Positions 49,582-59,333 of a stretch of DNA of 64,000 nt are shown one piece after another. A model generated the notes under the pieces. The model was not told where the DNA came from. It saw only the letters and a program-made list of their open reading frames with translations, and did no database searches. The stretch comes from Steroidobacteraceae bacterium. Lineage in GTDB: Bacteria > Pseudomonadota > Gammaproteobacteria > Steroidobacterales > Steroidobacteraceae. The position numbers and the translations under genes were made by a program. Position 1 is the stretch's first letter. Each line of letters begins with the position of its first letter. The stretch is taken from positions 24,120 to 88,119 of the forward strand of contig DASQYM010000003.1 in the NCBI GenBank assembly GCA_035639195.1, given 5' to 3'.

Positions 49582-50850
49582 ATGGACGTGGCAGGTATCG
49601 GCGAGCTGATGGAGGGACTGGGCCGCGCCGCGGTCGCGGCTGCGCAGGTGCTTGCGCTCGCCCCGAGCACGCAGAAGGATGCCGCGCTTGCTGCGGCCGC
49701 GGCGGCGATACGCGCGCGGACGGCCACTATCCTCGCCGCCAACGAACGCGATATGGCCGCCGCGCGTGCGCGGCACGTGAGTGGCCCGCGGCTCGAGCGG
49801 CTGCATCTCGATGAGCGGCGCATCGCAGCGATCGCGGCAGGTGTGGATGCGGTGGTCGCGCTTCCCGATCCCGTCGGCCGCATCGCTGCCGAGTGGGAGC
49901 GGCCGAACGGCCTGCGCATTCAGCGACTCACCGTGCCGCTTGGGGTCATCGGCATCATCTACGAGAGCCGGCCCAACGTCACCGCAGATGCCGGTGCGCT
50001 GTGCCTGAAATCCGGCAATGCCTGCATCCTGCGCGGCGGCTCGGAGAGCCAGTACTCGAGCCGTGCGCTGCACGAGTCGCTCGCGAGCGGTCTCAGCGCC
50101 GCAGATCTGCCGCCCGGTTGCATCCAGCTGGTACCGACCGCCGATCGGGCCGCGGTCGGCTACCTGCTCGCCGGCATGAGCGAGTACCTCGATGTCATCG
50201 TACCGCGCGGTGGCCGCAGCCTGGTCGAGCGCGTGCAGCAGGAAGCGCGCGTGCCGGTCATCGGACACCTCGAAGGCAACTGCCACGTATACATCGATCG
50301 GGACGCGGACGTGCGCATGGCACGCGCCATCGCGCTCAACGCCAAGATGCGCCGCACCGGCATCTGCGGCGCGGCCGAGACGCTGCTCATCGATGAGGCC
50401 TGCGCGGCGACGCATCTCGCGCCGGTCATTCACGATCTGCTCGCGGCCGGCTGCGAAGTGCGCGGCGACCCGGCCGTGCAGCTGGTCGATGCCCGCGTGC
50501 GAGCGGCGACCGAGGACGATTGGTACACCGAGTATCTGGACGCCATCATCGCGGCGCGAATGGTCGCGGGGGTTGATGCGGCCATCGCGCACATCGCCCG
50601 CTACGGATCGGCGCACACCGAATCGATCGTCACCGAAAACGCAGCGACCGCGGAGCGTTTTCTGCAGCGTGTCGACAGCGCGATTGTCCTGCACAACGCC
50701 TCGACACAGTTCGCCGACGGCGGCGAGTTTGGCATGGGCGCCGAGATCGGGATCTCTACCGAGCGCTTTCACGCGCGCGGCCCGGTGGGCGTGGAGCAGC
50801 TCACCAGTTACAAGTACGTAGTGCGTGGAACGGGGCAGGTGCGACCCTAA
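49582..50850 (+). CDS. proA: glutamate-5-semialdehyde dehydrogenase
   Basis: 422 aa with [25 protein letters not shown]-type motif ([10 protein letters not shown]) and SAHTESIVT. It starts 5 nt after proB. Confidence 0.95.
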   Translation: MDVAGIGELMEGLGRAAVAAAQVLALAPSTQKDAALAAAAAAIRARTATILAANERDMAAARARHVSGPRLERLHLDERRIAAIAAGVDAVVALPDPVGRIAAEWERPNGLRIQRLTVPLGVIGIIYESRPNVTADAGALCLKSGNACILRGGSESQYSSRALHESLASGLSAADLPPGCIQLVPTADRAAVGYLLAGMSEYLDVIVPRGGRSLVERVQQEARVPVIGHLEGNCHVYIDRDADVRMARAIALNAKMRRTGICGAAETLLIDEACAATHLAPVIHDLLAAGCEVRGDPAVQLVDARVRAATEDDWYTEYLDAIIAARMVAGVDAAIAHIARYGSAHTESIVTENAATAERFLQRVDSAIVLHNASTQFADGGEFGMGAEIGISTERFHARGPVGVEQLTSYKYVVRGTGQVRP

Positions 50851-50875
50851 AGCGGCAGAGACGCAGTGCTGCCCG

Positions 50876-51364
50876 TCAGGCCGGGTCGTGGATATGCCGA
50901 TGCGTCACAATCTCATCGGGTTCCGCGTGGCGCGGAGCCGTGGCGCAGCGCTCGCAGTTCACCCAGCCGGAGTCACCGTTCGAGTAGTGCTCCTTCTTCC
51001 AGATGGGCAGGCGGTGCTTGACTTCATCGATGATGTAACGGCAAGCGCGGAACGCCTCATCGCGGTGGGCGGCGCTGACACCCACCCAGACGGCGAGCTC
51101 GCCCACCGCGAGCGCGCCGATGCGATGGACGCAGGCCGCGTGCGCCACACCGAAGCGCGCGTGCGCCTCGGCGATGATGCGCTCACCTTCGCGGACGCCG
51201 AGCGCCTCGAAGGCTTCGTACTCGAGTGCGCGCACGCGCTGACCTTCGTTGCTGTCGCGCACCCAGCCTTCGAAAGCGGCGTAGCCGCCGCAGGCCGGGT
51301 CGGCAAGCGAGACTCGCAGCTGCTCGGTGGCGATGGGTGTACGTGTGAACTGGAACGCGGTCAT
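50876..51364 (-). CDS. moaE: molybdopterin synthase catalytic subunit
   Basis: ATG 51364. GAFEGWVRD..., VHRIGALAVGELAVWVGVSAAHRDEAF and IWKKEHY. Confidence 0.9.
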   Translation of the reverse strand: MTAFQFTRTPIATEQLRVSLADPACGGYAAFEGWVRDSNEGQRVRALEYEAFEALGVREGERIIAEAHARFGVAHAACVHRIGALAVGELAVWVGVSAAHRDEAFRACRYIIDEVKHRLPIWKKEHYSNGDSGWVNCERCATAPRHAEPDEIVTHRHIHDPA

Positions 51365-51380
51365 GGTCCTGGCGCAGGAC

Positions 51381-52253
51381 TCAGCCGCCGGCGACGGGCG
51401 GGATGAACACGACCGCATCGCCATCGGCGAGTGCCGCGGTCCACTCGCGGAACTCGGCATTGATCGCGACGCGCAGCACTCCCGGTGCGAGCGAGAAGGG
51501 GTAGCGCTGCGCGAGCTCCGCATAGAGCTCCGCCGCGGTGCGCGCGGTGGTCACCAACGCCTCATCGCGTCGCCCGGCCTGCTCGCGCAACAGGGCGTAG
51601 TACTGCACGGTGATGTGCTTGGGGTCGGAAGTCGTTTCCGGCAGCAGCGCGCTCATCGCCGACCTATACTCCTCGGGCGTGTTGACATTGTCGAGCGCCT
51701 CGGGGTTCGGCTCATCGAGCAGGCGCACGTCAGCATCGAGCAGGAAACGCCGCGGGCACTGCCGGCCCCGCGCCACATATGCCGCCAGCCGCGCGGCGCT
51801 GCGCGGCTCCCAGATGGCACACAGCGGCTCCGGCAACCCGTCGCGGCTCGAACGATACGCGGTCGCCGCGCTCTGCGGTGCGCGGCAGCGTACCAGGTGC
51901 GCGAGCGTCGCCGTATCGAGCAACGGCAGATCGCAGGCGAGCACGAGCCATGCAGCCTCCGGATGACGGGCCTGCGCGGCGAGCACGCCCGCGATCGGGC
52001 CGAGATTGTCGTGCATGTCGCGAATCTGCGGAAAGCGCGCGCGCAGCGCGTCCTCGGTCTGATCGGCGCGCACCGACACATAGGCACGTTGCACGTGAGG
52101 GGCAATGAGCTCCATGGCGCGCTCGAGCTGGTTGCGGCCGGCATACCGCAACGCTGCCTTGTCGGTGCGCATGCGAGTGCTGCGCCCGCCGGCGAGTACG
52201 AGCCCGAACAGCGGCGCGTCACCCGGGCAGCCGTTTCCCGATGGAGCGCTCAC
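51381..52253 (-). CDS. MobA/MocA-like molybdenum cofactor nucleotidyltransferase fused in frame to MoaD sulfur carrier
   Basis: GTG 52253 overlaps the moaC stop (GTGA). The N-terminal part has LVLAGGRSTRMRTDKAAL and LACDLPLL (NTP_transf_3). The last 80 aa or so (ITVQYYALLREQAG...DAVVFIPPVAGG-stop) are MoaD with a terminal Gly-Gly. No stop codon lies between the two parts. Confidence 0.8.
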   Translation of the reverse strand: MSAPSGNGCPGDAPLFGLVLAGGRSTRMRTDKAALRYAGRNQLERAMELIAPHVQRAYVSVRADQTEDALRARFPQIRDMHDNLGPIAGVLAAQARHPEAAWLVLACDLPLLDTATLAHLVRCRAPQSAATAYRSSRDGLPEPLCAIWEPRSAARLAAYVARGRQCPRRFLLDADVRLLDEPNPEALDNVNTPEEYRSAMSALLPETTSDPKHITVQYYALLREQAGRRDEALVTTARTAAELYAELAQRYPFSLAPGVLRVAINAEFREWTAALADGDAVVFIPPVAGG

Positions 52254-52750
52254 CGGCCTCGCTCCGCGCCGGTGCGCGCGAAGCCACGCCGGCCACCGGA
52301 CTTCGCGAGCAGTCGCACGCTGCCGATCTCGATGTCGTGCGAAAGCGCCTTGCACATGTCGTAAATCGTCAGGGCCGCCACCGCCGCACCGGTGAGCGCC
52401 TCCATCTCCACGCCGGTACGGTGATGGACCGACACTTCGCAGCGCACCACGATCTCCTGCGCCCGCCGGTGCTCGATGCGCAGCTGACAGTTCTCGAGGC
52501 CGAGCGGATGGCAGAAGGGAATGAGCTCATGCGTGCGCTTGGCCGCCTGCACCCCGGCGACGATCGCCGTCTCGAACACCGGACCCTTGCTGGTGCGGTG
52601 CCCGGCGGCCCGCAGGGCGCGTGCCACACCGAGCGGCAAGCGCACGCGTGCCTCAGCGACGGCGACGCGATGCGTTACCTCTTTCGCTCCGACGTCCACC
52701 ATTGCAGGCTGGTGACGCGAGTTGACGTGTGTGAGGCCGCGGCGCGCCAT
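52250..52750 (-). CDS. moaC: cyclic pyranopterin monophosphate synthase
   Basis: LTHVNSRHQPAMVDVGAKEVTHRVA, KGPVFETAIVAGVQAAKRTHELIPFCHPL and TGVEMEALT. ATG 52750 overlaps the moaA stop by 1 nt. Confidence 0.93.
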   Translation of the reverse strand: MARRGLTHVNSRHQPAMVDVGAKEVTHRVAVAEARVRLPLGVARALRAAGHRTSKGPVFETAIVAGVQAAKRTHELIPFCHPLGLENCQLRIEHRRAQEIVVRCEVSVHHRTGVEMEALTGAAVAALTIYDMCKALSHDIEIGSVRLLAKSGGRRGFARTGAERGR

Positions 52751-53805
52751 CAACCACCGATGTAGAACATCTCGACCTTGCGCTCATCGCTCGAGGCGCG
52801 GCGCAGGCTCGCGCGCTGCTCGCTATAACGGTCCGCACGGCCGAGCCAGACAGCGCGGATGAGCTCGAGCAGCTGATCGTCGCTGGCGCCGCCGCGCAGT
52901 GCATCGCGCAGACTGGTGCCGTGAGTGGCGAACAGGCAGCTATAGAGCACGCCATCGGATGACAGGCGGGCACGCGTACAATCACCGCAGAACGGCTGCG
53001 ACACGGAGGAAATGAAGCCGACCTCGCCCTGGCCGTCGACGAATGCGTAGCGCCGCGCGACCTCGCCGCGGTAACTGGGATCGAGAGGTTGGAGCGGCCA
53101 GCGCTCCGCGATGCGCGCCAACAGTTCCCTCGCAGGCACCACCGCCGCCTCGCTCCAGTGGTTGCGGTTGCCCACGTCCATGTACTCGATGAAGCGCACG
53201 ATGATCCCGGTGCCACGGAAGCGCTGCACCAGCTCGAGCACGGTGTGATCGTTGACGCCGCGCTGCACGACGGCATTGATCTTGATGGGCGTGAGCTCGG
53301 CGCGCCGTGCATGCTCGATGCCCTCGAGCACTTCCGCGACCCCGCCGAAGCCACCACTCATACGCGCGAACACCTGGGGATCGAGACTGTCGAGACTGAC
53401 CGTCACGCGCTGAAGGCCCGCGGCTTTGAGCTCCGCGGCGTAACGCGACAGCAGCACGCCATTGGTGGTGAGCGCGACATCCTCGACCCCGGGGACGTCC
53501 GTAAGATCGCCGATCAGCTCCGCCAGGTTTGCGCGTAGCAATGGCTCACCGCCGGTCAGCCGCAGCTTACGTACGCCAAGTCGGGCGAACAGCCGTGCGA
53601 GGCGCACGATTTCATCGAACGACAGCCGCTCATGCGTACCAAGGAAGCGGTAGCGCTCGTGGTAAGTCTCGCGCGGCATGCAATAGGGGCAGCGGAAATT
53701 GCAACGGTCCATGACCGAGATGCGCAAGTCGCGCATCGGCCGGGAAAAGCGGTCCCGCGGCGCGCTCGCAGTCCGCAGGGGCACGATCACTTCACGATTG
53801 GACAT
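52750..53805 (-). CDS. moaA: GTP 3',8-cyclase (radical SAM)
   Basis: LRISVMDRCNFRCPYCMP (CxxxCxxC), LRLTGGEPLL and C-terminal FCGDCTRARLSSDG. Confidence 0.95.
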   Translation of the reverse strand: MSNREVIVPLRTASAPRDRFSRPMRDLRISVMDRCNFRCPYCMPRETYHERYRFLGTHERLSFDEIVRLARLFARLGVRKLRLTGGEPLLRANLAELIGDLTDVPGVEDVALTTNGVLLSRYAAELKAAGLQRVTVSLDSLDPQVFARMSGGFGGVAEVLEGIEHARRAELTPIKINAVVQRGVNDHTVLELVQRFRGTGIIVRFIEYMDVGNRNHWSEAAVVPARELLARIAERWPLQPLDPSYRGEVARRYAFVDGQGEVGFISSVSQPFCGDCTRARLSSDGVLYSCLFATHGTSLRDALRGGASDDQLLELIRAVWLGRADRYSEQRASLRRASSDERKVEMFYIGG

Positions 53806-53900
53806 GGGTCACGACAGTATGAGCACCGCTCGAGCCAAAGGCTAATTGCCCCTCCGGGTGCTTCCGCGATGGGTGGGGGCGGGATCGGCCGTTGCAACCC

Positions 53901-55103
53901 TCAGGACCAGCGGTACAGGCGGGTCACGAAACCCTTGGCGTAGGTATTCGGCCCCGGGGGCAACTCCACGAACCCTTCCGTCCCCGCCAGAGCGGTGAAA
54001 TCACCGGAGCCGTTGGTGGGGGCCGGCACGGCCCAGTCACGACCCCAGTCGTCCTGCTCGAGCCTTACTGGGATGAAGTGCGTCAGCGGCGGCGTGACGG
54101 TCAGCGGGGCACTCAGCGCCATGCGCTCCGAGCGCTCGGGGCTCTGGCCGAGACTACCGCGCAGGGCCGGCAACACATAACGTGTCAGGCAGACGAGTGT
54201 CGACACCGGATTGCCGGGCAGGCCGAACACCGCGGCGCCGGAGGGAGCGACACCGAACCACATAGGCTTGCCGGGACGTTGCGCCACCTTGTGGAAGATC
54301 GTACGTACACCGAGCTCCCCGAGGACCTGCGGTACCAGGTCGAACCGGCCCATCGATACCCCACCGGAGAGCACGAGCACATCGTGTGTCTCGAGATGAA
54401 AGCGCAGTCGCGCGCGCAGCTCACCGGCATCATCGCGGATGTGGTCGTCCGCAACGCGCTGGAAGCCGTGCTCGCGCAGGGCGCTCACGATGGCGTAGGC
54501 GTTCGAGCGACGGACCTGGTGGGCCAGCACCGGTTCGCCCGGCTCGACCAGCTCGTTGCCCGTGGAGATGACGGCGAGCATCGGTTGGCTCGCGACGCGG
54601 ATGCGCGCCATGCCGGCGGAGGCGGCAATGGCGATTTCCGGTGCGCGCAGCCGCTGTCCTGCGCGCAGCAGCAGTGCTCCCTGACGGGTGTCGCTGCCGC
54701 GGCGATGCACGTTCAGCCACGGCTCGACCCGCACGTCGATCGCCAGCTGCGCCTGGCCGCGCTCGATCGTCACTCGCTCGACCGGCACCACGCTGTCACA
54801 GCCTGATGGCAACACTGCGCCGGTCATCACCTCGATGCAGGCGGCGGCGGAGTCGAGCGTGAGCGGCGCATCGCCGGCCGCTTGCGTGGCCTGTATGCGG
54901 AAGTTACGCGAGCCTGCGCCGACCGCCTGGCTGTCGAGCGCGACCCCGTCCATGGCCACGCGGTGGTACGGGGGCTGGTCGCGCTCCGCGTAGATGTTCT
55001 CGCGCAGCACCGCGCCGGCGCACTGCGCCAGCGGTAGCGATTCGATCGGCAGGCACTGAAGATGCTGGCCGATCAGCTGGTCTGCGTCGGCCGGGGTGAG
55101 CAC
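53901..55103 (-). CDS. moeA: molybdopterin molybdotransferase
   Basis: 400 aa with MDGVAL, ISTGNELVEPGE, LSGGVSMGRFD and FGLPGNPVS. GTG 55103 directly follows the upstream stop. Confidence 0.92.
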   Translation of the reverse strand: MLTPADADQLIGQHLQCLPIESLPLAQCAGAVLRENIYAERDQPPYHRVAMDGVALDSQAVGAGSRNFRIQATQAAGDAPLTLDSAAACIEVMTGAVLPSGCDSVVPVERVTIERGQAQLAIDVRVEPWLNVHRRGSDTRQGALLLRAGQRLRAPEIAIAASAGMARIRVASQPMLAVISTGNELVEPGEPVLAHQVRRSNAYAIVSALREHGFQRVADDHIRDDAGELRARLRFHLETHDVLVLSGGVSMGRFDLVPQVLGELGVRTIFHKVAQRPGKPMWFGVAPSGAAVFGLPGNPVSTLVCLTRYVLPALRGSLGQSPERSERMALSAPLTVTPPLTHFIPVRLEQDDWGRDWAVPAPTNGSGDFTALAGTEGFVELPPGPNTYAKGFVTRLYRWS

Positions 55104-55478
55104 TCAGCCCTTCTTGTCGGCCGCCTTGGCCTTGTAGACCTTCACCTGTTCGTTGAAGCGGTCGGCGACGGACTGCAACTGGTCGACCGCAGCGTTGTGC
55201 TTCTGTGCCTCGACCTGCTGCATCTTCTTCTTATCGTCGGGCTTCAGCTTGTCGCCCCCCTTGGCGATCGCGTCTTCGAGCTCCTTGTCGATGCAAGCTG
55301 TGTAGTCGTTGATCGCTTTCTGGTACTCGCCGATGGCCTTCTGTCCGGCAACCATCTCCTCGAGCGTTGCGGTTGCACCGTCCGGAATCTTCGTCGGCGC
55401 CTGTGGGTAAGGGCAGTCTGCATACGCTGCTGCCGTCGCGGCAGCGAATGCCATCACGAAGAGAGCCTTCATAGCCAA
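55104..55478 (-). CDS. small secreted Lys-rich helical protein, unknown function
   Basis: Signal peptide MAMKALFVMAFAAATAAAYA, then a mature helical protein of about 104 aa with two Cys. The stop TGA is immediately followed by the moeA GTG (TGAGTG). I recognise no family. Confidence 0.6.
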   Translation of the reverse strand: MAMKALFVMAFAAATAAAYADCPYPQAPTKIPDGATATLEEMVAGQKAIGEYQKAINDYTACIDKELEDAIAKGGDKLKPDDKKKMQQVEAQKHNAAVDQLQSVADRFNEQVKVYKAKAADKKG

Positions 55479-55531
55479 GTCCTGGTGTTCGAAATCGGAC
55501 CGCTATCTTAAGAGGCGCTCGGGATCTGACG

Positions 55532-56203
55532 CTACTGCTGGTGCGCCCGCAGGCGTACCGGCCGGCTAGGCCGTCGGGATCCAGCGCGGCCCGAACGTAG
55601 TGGCGGGCACAGGTAGCAATCGCGCGTATGGTCGTTCACGACTCCCACCGCCTGCAGGAAAGCATAAATGATGGTCGAGCCGACGAAGCGAAACCCACGC
55701 CGCGCCAAATCCTTCGAGAGGGCATCACTCAGTGCAGTGCGTGCCGGGACCTGTCCATGCCGCGGGCAATTGACGCGGGTGCGGCCGCCGGCGAAGGACC
55801 ACAGGTAGCGATCGAAGGACCCAAACTCGCGCTGCACTGCCAGGAAGGCGCGGGCGTTAGTGACGGTGGAGTCGATCTTCAACCGGTTACGCACGATGGC
55901 GGCGTCATTCAGCAGCGCCGCCCGGCGGCGGGCATCGAAATGCGCCACACGGCGCACATTGAAGTTGGCGAAGGCACGGCGGTAACCGGCACGCTTGCGC
56001 AGGATGGTCGACCAGGAAAGTCCCGCCTGAGCCCCTTCGAGCGTGAGCATCTCGAACAGTCGACGGTCATCGTGCACCGGGCGCCCCCATTCCTCGTCGT
56101 GGTAGCGCACGTAGTCGGCGTCGGCCGTTTCTGCCCACCAGCAGCGCCGCCGGGCGGCGGCCCGCGCCGGCTGCCCGCGCGGAATCCTGCGTTCAGCAGC
56201 CAT
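55532..56203 (-). CDS. tag: DNA-3-methyladenine glycosylase I
   Basis: CWWAETADADYVRYHDEEWGRPVHDDRRLFEMLTLEGAQAGLSWSTILRKR is the Tag signature. Confidence 0.9.
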   Translation of the reverse strand: MAAERRIPRGQPARAAARRRCWWAETADADYVRYHDEEWGRPVHDDRRLFEMLTLEGAQAGLSWSTILRKRAGYRRAFANFNVRRVAHFDARRRAALLNDAAIVRNRLKIDSTVTNARAFLAVQREFGSFDRYLWSFAGGRTRVNCPRHGQVPARTALSDALSKDLARRGFRFVGSTIIYAFLQAVGVVNDHTRDCYLCPPLRSGRAGSRRPSRPVRLRAHQQ

Positions 56204-56228
56204 CGCTCAATCATGCCACGCGCGCCGC

Positions 56229-59200
56229 TCAGGCGGGCGAGGCGACGCGCGCCGGGGTGACCACGCGCACGTAACGTTCTGCCAGAACCGGCAACACCAG
56301 CAGGTTCAGCAGCGTCGAGGAGATCAGTCCGCCGAGCACGGTGACGGCCATCGGTCCCTCGATCTCCTGGCCGGGACGATTGAGGCCAAAGGCAAGCGGC
56401 GCGAGGCCGAGCGCGGTCACGGCCGCGGTCATGAGGATCGGGATCAGCCGCTCGTTGGCGCCACGCAGGACGAGCTCGGGAGTCCACGCCTCGCCCTCGA
56501 CCTCGACCAGATGCTCGTAATGCGCGAGCTGCAGTATCGAGTTTCGGGCACTGACACCGAACACCGTCACGAGCCCGACGACGGTGCCGAGTGAAACGCC
56601 GAGGCCGGTCAGTGCGATGGCCAGCACACTGCCGATCAGGCTGAACGGTAAATTGGCGAGCACCAGCCAGGCGTTGATCCGCCAATGGAACGACACCATC
56701 AGGATGACGAGAATCAGCGCCAGCGCGAGCGCGGAATACAGCATCAGCTCGTTACGGGTCTGCTGCTCCGCCGCCGCGGCACCGGTGAAGTCCAGATACA
56801 CGCCAGCAGGCAGCGCGACGGAGCTGGCGATGACCCGCTGGGCTTTCTGAACCACGCTCCGGAGCGAGGCCCCGCGAACGTTGAAGGTGACGCTGATGCG
56901 GCGCTGACCGCCGTCGTGCTCGATGCTGTAGCGATCCTGGCTCACATCGATGCGCGCAACCTGTGCCAGCGGCACCGGACCCAGGGGGCTGGCGATCAGC
57001 AGCCGTGCGAGCTGCGCGGGCTGATGGCGCGCTGCTTCCGGCAACAACACGTCGACATCGACGGCGCGGGTTCCACGGAAAGTCTGCCCGACGCGCGCAC
57101 CCGCGTAAGCAGTCTCGATGGTGTCGAGAACGTCCTCGACCCTGAGACCGGTCGTGGCGAGAGCCTGCGGCGACAGCTCAATCGCGAGCGCCGGGGTGCC
57201 GCTCTGCCGCTTGAACTGCAGATCCACGATGCCCTTCACCTTGCCGAGGGCCGCGACCACCTTATCGCCGGTCGCATCGAGCGCGTCGAGATCGTCGCCG
57301 AACACTTTGATGGCGACCTGGGCGGTTTCGCCGCTCAAACTCTCGCTGATACGATCGCCGAGGAAAGTGACCACCTCGCTCTGCATACCGGGGTAGTGCT
57401 CGAGGATGCCGCGTAGCGCTTCCTGGGCCGTACCCTGGTCGACCTTCGCGTCGGGTTTCAGCTCGACGTGGAACTCGCTGCGGTGCGGCCCCCAGGTGTC
57501 CTCGCCCAGCTCGGCGCGCCCCACCTGCTGCTCGATGCTCTTCACGTACGGCAGTGCGAGAACCTCGGCGCTCACACGCTTGCCGAGGGCCAGCATCTCA
57601 TCGAGCGAGGTCCCGGGGATCGAGCTCGACATCTGGATCACGAAATGTCCCTCGCGAAAGTCCGGCATGAAAGTGCCGCCGAGAAATGGCAGCGCACCCA
57701 CTGCAACGACCGCCAGCCCGATCAGCACCAGCGTCGTGAGCTTCAGATGTGCGCCGACGCGCTGCACCGTGCGGCGTTGCCACCGCTTGAGGGTTTGCAG
57801 CCAACGCGCCTCGGGTCGCTGGTCGCGGCGGCGCAGCAGCAGGGCACACAACGCCGGCGTCGAGGTGAGCGCGACGAACAGCGAGGCGACCACCGCGAAG
57901 ATGAAGGAGAGCGCGAGCGGGCCGACGAAGCGTCCCTGGACGCTCGAGGTGAACAGCACCGGCAGAAAGACCAAGATCACCACCGCGGTGGCGTAGATGA
58001 CCGGGCCGCGCACTTCGAGCGAGGCGTCGCGAATGATCTCGAGCCGCGGCCTGGGAGCCTCCTGGCGAGCGTTCTCGCGCAGGCGCCGCATGATGTTCTC
58101 GATGCCGATGATGGCATCATCGACCAGCACGCCGAGCGCGACCGCGAAACCGCCGAGGGTCATGGTATTGAGCGTGAGACCCATACGGCTGAGCACAGCC
58201 ACCGCGGCGAGCAGCGACAGCGGTATAGCGGTGAACGCGATGAGCGCCGCGCGCCAATCGCGCAGGAACAGATATAGCATGGCGAGAATGAGCATGGCGG
58301 CGAGCGTGAGCGATTTCTTGAGATTGCCGAGCGCGCGCTCGATGAAATTCGCCGGGCGCTGCAGCTCCGGATACACGGTAATGCCCTGAGCCTTGAGTGC
58401 CGGCTCGAGCGCGGCGAGTGCACGCTCGATCGCGAGTGTCACGTTGAGCGTGTTGGCTCCATATTGGCCGGCGAGCGAAAGGAATACCCCCGGCCTGCCC
58501 ATGACGAGCGCGGCGCCGGAGCGCAGCGCCGGTGCCTGTTCCACCGTTGCGACATCACGCAGCAGCACGGGCGTGTCGTTGCGTACCGCGATCACTGCCT
58601 CGCCGAGCGCTGCTACGTCAGGCGCGGGCGTCGGGGACTTGATGAGCACGCGTTGTGCAGCGAGATCGATGAAGCCGGCGCCGCGCAACGACAACGCGCT
58701 ACGCGCGGCATCCGCAACCTCGCTCATGGTGATGTTGTAGCTCGCGAGCTTGCGTGTATCCGGCAGAATCTGGATCTGCCGCACCTGGCCGCCAAACACG
58801 ATGACGTGCGCGACCCCGGGGACCGCGAGCAGCCGGGGCTTGATCACCCAGTCCGCGGTGTCGCGCAACGTGTAGGCATCGACGTTGTCCGACAGCAGGC
58901 CGATTTTCAGCAGGTCCATGGTGCTCGACACCAGGGGCGAGAGCTTCGGGGAGCCGACGCCGGTGGGCAGTGTGCTGCCGAGCTCCGACAGGCGCTCCGA
59001 AATTCCCTGACGCGCGACGTGCACATCGACATCGCGGGTGAAGGTTATGGTCACCACCGACAGCCCCGGGATGGATTCGGAGCGCAGGGTCGCGAGTCCG
59101 GCGGCGCCATTCACGGCGTTTTCGATCGGCCGCGTGACCAGCTCCTCGACTTGTTGCGGGGCGAAGCCCGGAGCCTCGGTCTGCACAGTGACCTGGGATG

Positions 59201-59330
59201 GGACGAACTCCGGAAATACATCGAGCGGTGCTCGCAGAGCGCTCCACGAGCCCAGCACCAGGGCCACCACCGTCAGCGCAGTCACCGTGCCGAAATGCCG
59301 CACGCACCGTGCGACCAGTGCATGCATCAT
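56229..59330 (-). CDS. heavy-metal efflux RND permease, CusA/CzcA family
   Basis: 1033 aa. LDVFPEFVPSQVTVQTEAPGFAPQQVEELVTRPIE is a typical HME-RND N-terminus. 12-TM architecture. It starts 3 nt after the adaptor stop. Confidence 0.9.
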   Translation of the reverse strand: MMHALVARCVRHFGTVTALTVVALVLGSWSALRAPLDVFPEFVPSQVTVQTEAPGFAPQQVEELVTRPIENAVNGAAGLATLRSESIPGLSVVTITFTRDVDVHVARQGISERLSELGSTLPTGVGSPKLSPLVSSTMDLLKIGLLSDNVDAYTLRDTADWVIKPRLLAVPGVAHVIVFGGQVRQIQILPDTRKLASYNITMSEVADAARSALSLRGAGFIDLAAQRVLIKSPTPAPDVAALGEAVIAVRNDTPVLLRDVATVEQAPALRSGAALVMGRPGVFLSLAGQYGANTLNVTLAIERALAALEPALKAQGITVYPELQRPANFIERALGNLKKSLTLAAMLILAMLYLFLRDWRAALIAFTAIPLSLLAAVAVLSRMGLTLNTMTLGGFAVALGVLVDDAIIGIENIMRRLRENARQEAPRPRLEIIRDASLEVRGPVIYATAVVILVFLPVLFTSSVQGRFVGPLALSFIFAVVASLFVALTSTPALCALLLRRRDQRPEARWLQTLKRWQRRTVQRVGAHLKLTTLVLIGLAVVAVGALPFLGGTFMPDFREGHFVIQMSSSIPGTSLDEMLALGKRVSAEVLALPYVKSIEQQVGRAELGEDTWGPHRSEFHVELKPDAKVDQGTAQEALRGILEHYPGMQSEVVTFLGDRISESLSGETAQVAIKVFGDDLDALDATGDKVVAALGKVKGIVDLQFKRQSGTPALAIELSPQALATTGLRVEDVLDTIETAYAGARVGQTFRGTRAVDVDVLLPEAARHQPAQLARLLIASPLGPVPLAQVARIDVSQDRYSIEHDGGQRRISVTFNVRGASLRSVVQKAQRVIASSVALPAGVYLDFTGAAAAEQQTRNELMLYSALALALILVILMVSFHWRINAWLVLANLPFSLIGSVLAIALTGLGVSLGTVVGLVTVFGVSARNSILQLAHYEHLVEVEGEAWTPELVLRGANERLIPILMTAAVTALGLAPLAFGLNRPGQEIEGPMAVTVLGGLISSTLLNLLVLPVLAERYVRVVTPARVASPA

Positions 59331-59333
59331 GGC

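Noticed and set aside
49408-50772. 454-aa minus-strand ORF opposite proA, and similar antisense ORFs opposite tesB / the CpcT-like gene (41625-43049), the ABC exporter (22036-23400) and the OMF (9260-10615).
   Set aside because: Same reasoning. Each overlaps a strongly supported gene on the other strand and has Arg/Gly/Ala-biased composition.
53806-53900. Possible Moco riboswitch in the 95-nt spacer upstream of moaA.
   Set aside because: moaA leaders often carry the Moco RNA motif, so I read the minus-strand spacer for it. I could form a few short helices (for example GCACC...GGUGC) but could not recognise the conserved core. The spacer is also shorter than the roughly 130-150 nt element I remember. 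It is not claimed. A cmsearch with Rfam RF01055 over 53780-54000 (minus strand) would settle it.
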